64,000 bases of DNA. Source: the human T2T-CHM13v2.0 reference genome, Homo sapiens. The notes beneath the pieces are model-generated. The model searched no databases, had not been told where the DNA came from, and saw only the letters and a program-made list of their open reading frames with translations. Each line of letters begins with the position of its first letter. Position 1 is the first letter of the stretch. Location of the stretch: NCBI RefSeq assembly GCF_009914755.1, contig NC_060931.1. One strand, given 5' to 3'. Below, one piece after another: positions 62,518 to 64,000 of this stretch. Position numbers and translations under genes: made by a program.

Positions 62518-62880
62518 GTGCAATACAGTTTCATTAACTCCTTCCCCCGCTCCCCCAAAAATTTGAATTTTTTTTTCAACACTCTTACACCTGTTATGGA
62601 AAATGTCAACCTTTGTAAGAAAACCAAAATAAAAATTGAAAAATAAAAACCATAAACATTTGCACCACTTGTGGCTTTTGAATATCTTCCACAGAGGGAA
62701 GTTTAAAACCCAAACTTCCAAAGGTTTAAACTACCTCAAAACACTTTCCCATGAGTGTGATCCACATTGTTAGGTGCTGACCTAGACAGAGATGAACTGA
62801 GGTCCTTGTTTTGTTTTGTTCATAATACAAAGGTGCTAATTAATAGTATTTCAGATACTTGAAGAATGTTGATGGTGCTA
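62518..62880 (+). promoter_or_regulatory. COL1A2: 3'UTR miRNA seed-site cluster (miR-25/92, let-7, miR-196, miR-29, miR-26)
   Basis: GTGCAATA 62518-62525; CTACCTCA 62731-62738 overlapping ACTACCT 62730-62736; GGTGCTA 62832-62838; TACTTGAA 62856-62863; TGGTGCTA 62873-62880. Confidence 0.8.
62628..62647 (+). terminator. COL1A2: Proximal polyadenylation signals
   Basis: AATAAA at 62628-62633 and 62642-62647. Confidence 0.8.
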
Positions 62881-63137
62881 GAAGAATTTGAGAAGAAATA
62901 CTCCTGTATTGAGTTGTATCGTGTGGTGTATTTTTTAAAAAATTTGATTTAGCATTCATATTTTCCATCTTATTCCCAATTAAAAGTATGCAGATTATTT
63001 GCCCAAATCTTCTTCAGATTCAGCATTTGTTCTTTGCCAGTCTCATTTTCATCTTCTTCCATGGTTCCACAGAAGCTTTGTTTCTTGGGCAAGCAGAAAA
63101 ATTAAATTGTACCTATTTTGTATATGTGAGATGTTTA

Positions 63138-63164
63138 AATAAATTGTGAAAAAAATGAAATAAA
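63138..63164 (+). terminator. COL1A2: Distal polyadenylation signals
   Basis: AATAAA at 63138-63143 and 63159-63164. Confidence 0.88.
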
Positions 63165-63299
63165 GCATGTTTGGTTTTCCAAAAGAACATATTGAGTAAA
63201 ATTCCTTGCTTCAATGCTCTTTGCAATATAAATATGCATCTCTACCAGCCATTAGACCAAGTGCCTCTGATTAGATAGAAATTATGCAAAAAGGGCAGT

Positions 63300-63430
63300 T
63301 TGGTGTGGTAGAAAGAGCAGAGAACGAGGACCCAGGAGAGCTGAACTCCAGTTCTGGCTCTGTTCCTTGTGGCTGAGTGACCTTGAAACTCTGAGCCTCT
63401 GCATTTCAGTTTCCATAGCTATAATATGAA
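63300..63430 (+). mobile_element. MIR-like fragment downstream of the gene
   Basis: ggtgtggtagaaagagca...ctgagtgaccttg...ctctgagcct. Confidence 0.55.
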
Positions 63431-64000
63431 AAAATTCCTTTTCAGCACTATTAAGCATTTGCCCTACTCAAAATATGTAATATTTAAGCAACATGGCATT
63501 TTTGACCTAATTTTACTATAACCAAAGGTCTATAGAAACTTGGTTTATTATATATTAAGCACTTTATAACAGTGGCTGAAAGTTGGTCTATGAGCAATTA
63601 ATACTATTAACTAAAACAGTTTCAAATATTCAGTAAAAATGCCATACACTTAAATCTGAGGCAACTGAATACAATGCCTGTTAAGAGGTAATGTGTGTGC
63701 TGTCAATCAGGATAGACAGTTGTGGATAATAGTACCACGAACACCTACCTGCCAAATCAAGTTCATTTTCCTCCCCTGCACCTTTCAATAACATCTTTAA
63801 TACACTTAAACATAGTAATGTGTCAAGTAAAATGTTAAGATTCATTTAGAGCTTATTTCCTGTTGCAGAACATAATTGTGATTGTAATATTTGCCTTGTG
63901 TTATAAGTCATCTCAAGATTCAATTAGTTTTAAAGGCAAAAGACTGAACATGGTAAAAATGTAATATTAACCTTAAAAAGTTAGCAAGGTCTCCTAATCA

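Overview
Human (or near-identical great-ape) genomic DNA containing the complete COL1A2 gene (pro-alpha2(I) collagen) on the + strand, with about 26.8 kb of upstream and 0.8 kb of downstream flank. All 52 coding exons were traced by hand with GT-AG boundaries. They sum to 4101 nt (1366 aa + TAA): ATG at 26985, stop at 62351-62353. The upstream flank holds the TATA/CCAAT/GC-box promoter, a GATA/AP-1 element at about -2.3 kb, a repeat-poor block at about -21 to -19 kb matching the position of the known far-upstream enhancer, and many Alu, L1, L2, MIR, MaLR and hAT relics. I found no convincing undescribed gene or system; the non-COL1A2 ORFs in the track are spurious. The observations most worth following up are regulatory: complementary (CA)n and (GT)n tracts placed almost symmetrically about the TSS; a 5' stem-loop pairing a uORF AUG with the main AUG; proximal poly(A) signals that would remove the let-7/miR-196/miR-29/miR-26 sites; and at least 15 miR-29 seed matches created by Gly-Ala codon choice in the CDS. 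Several retrotransposition scars are also readable (twin-primed L1, a 50-bp L1 tip with a perfect 15-bp TSD, a three-armed chimeric Alu). Repeat family names and literature links come from recall and need RepeatMasker/alignment confirmation.
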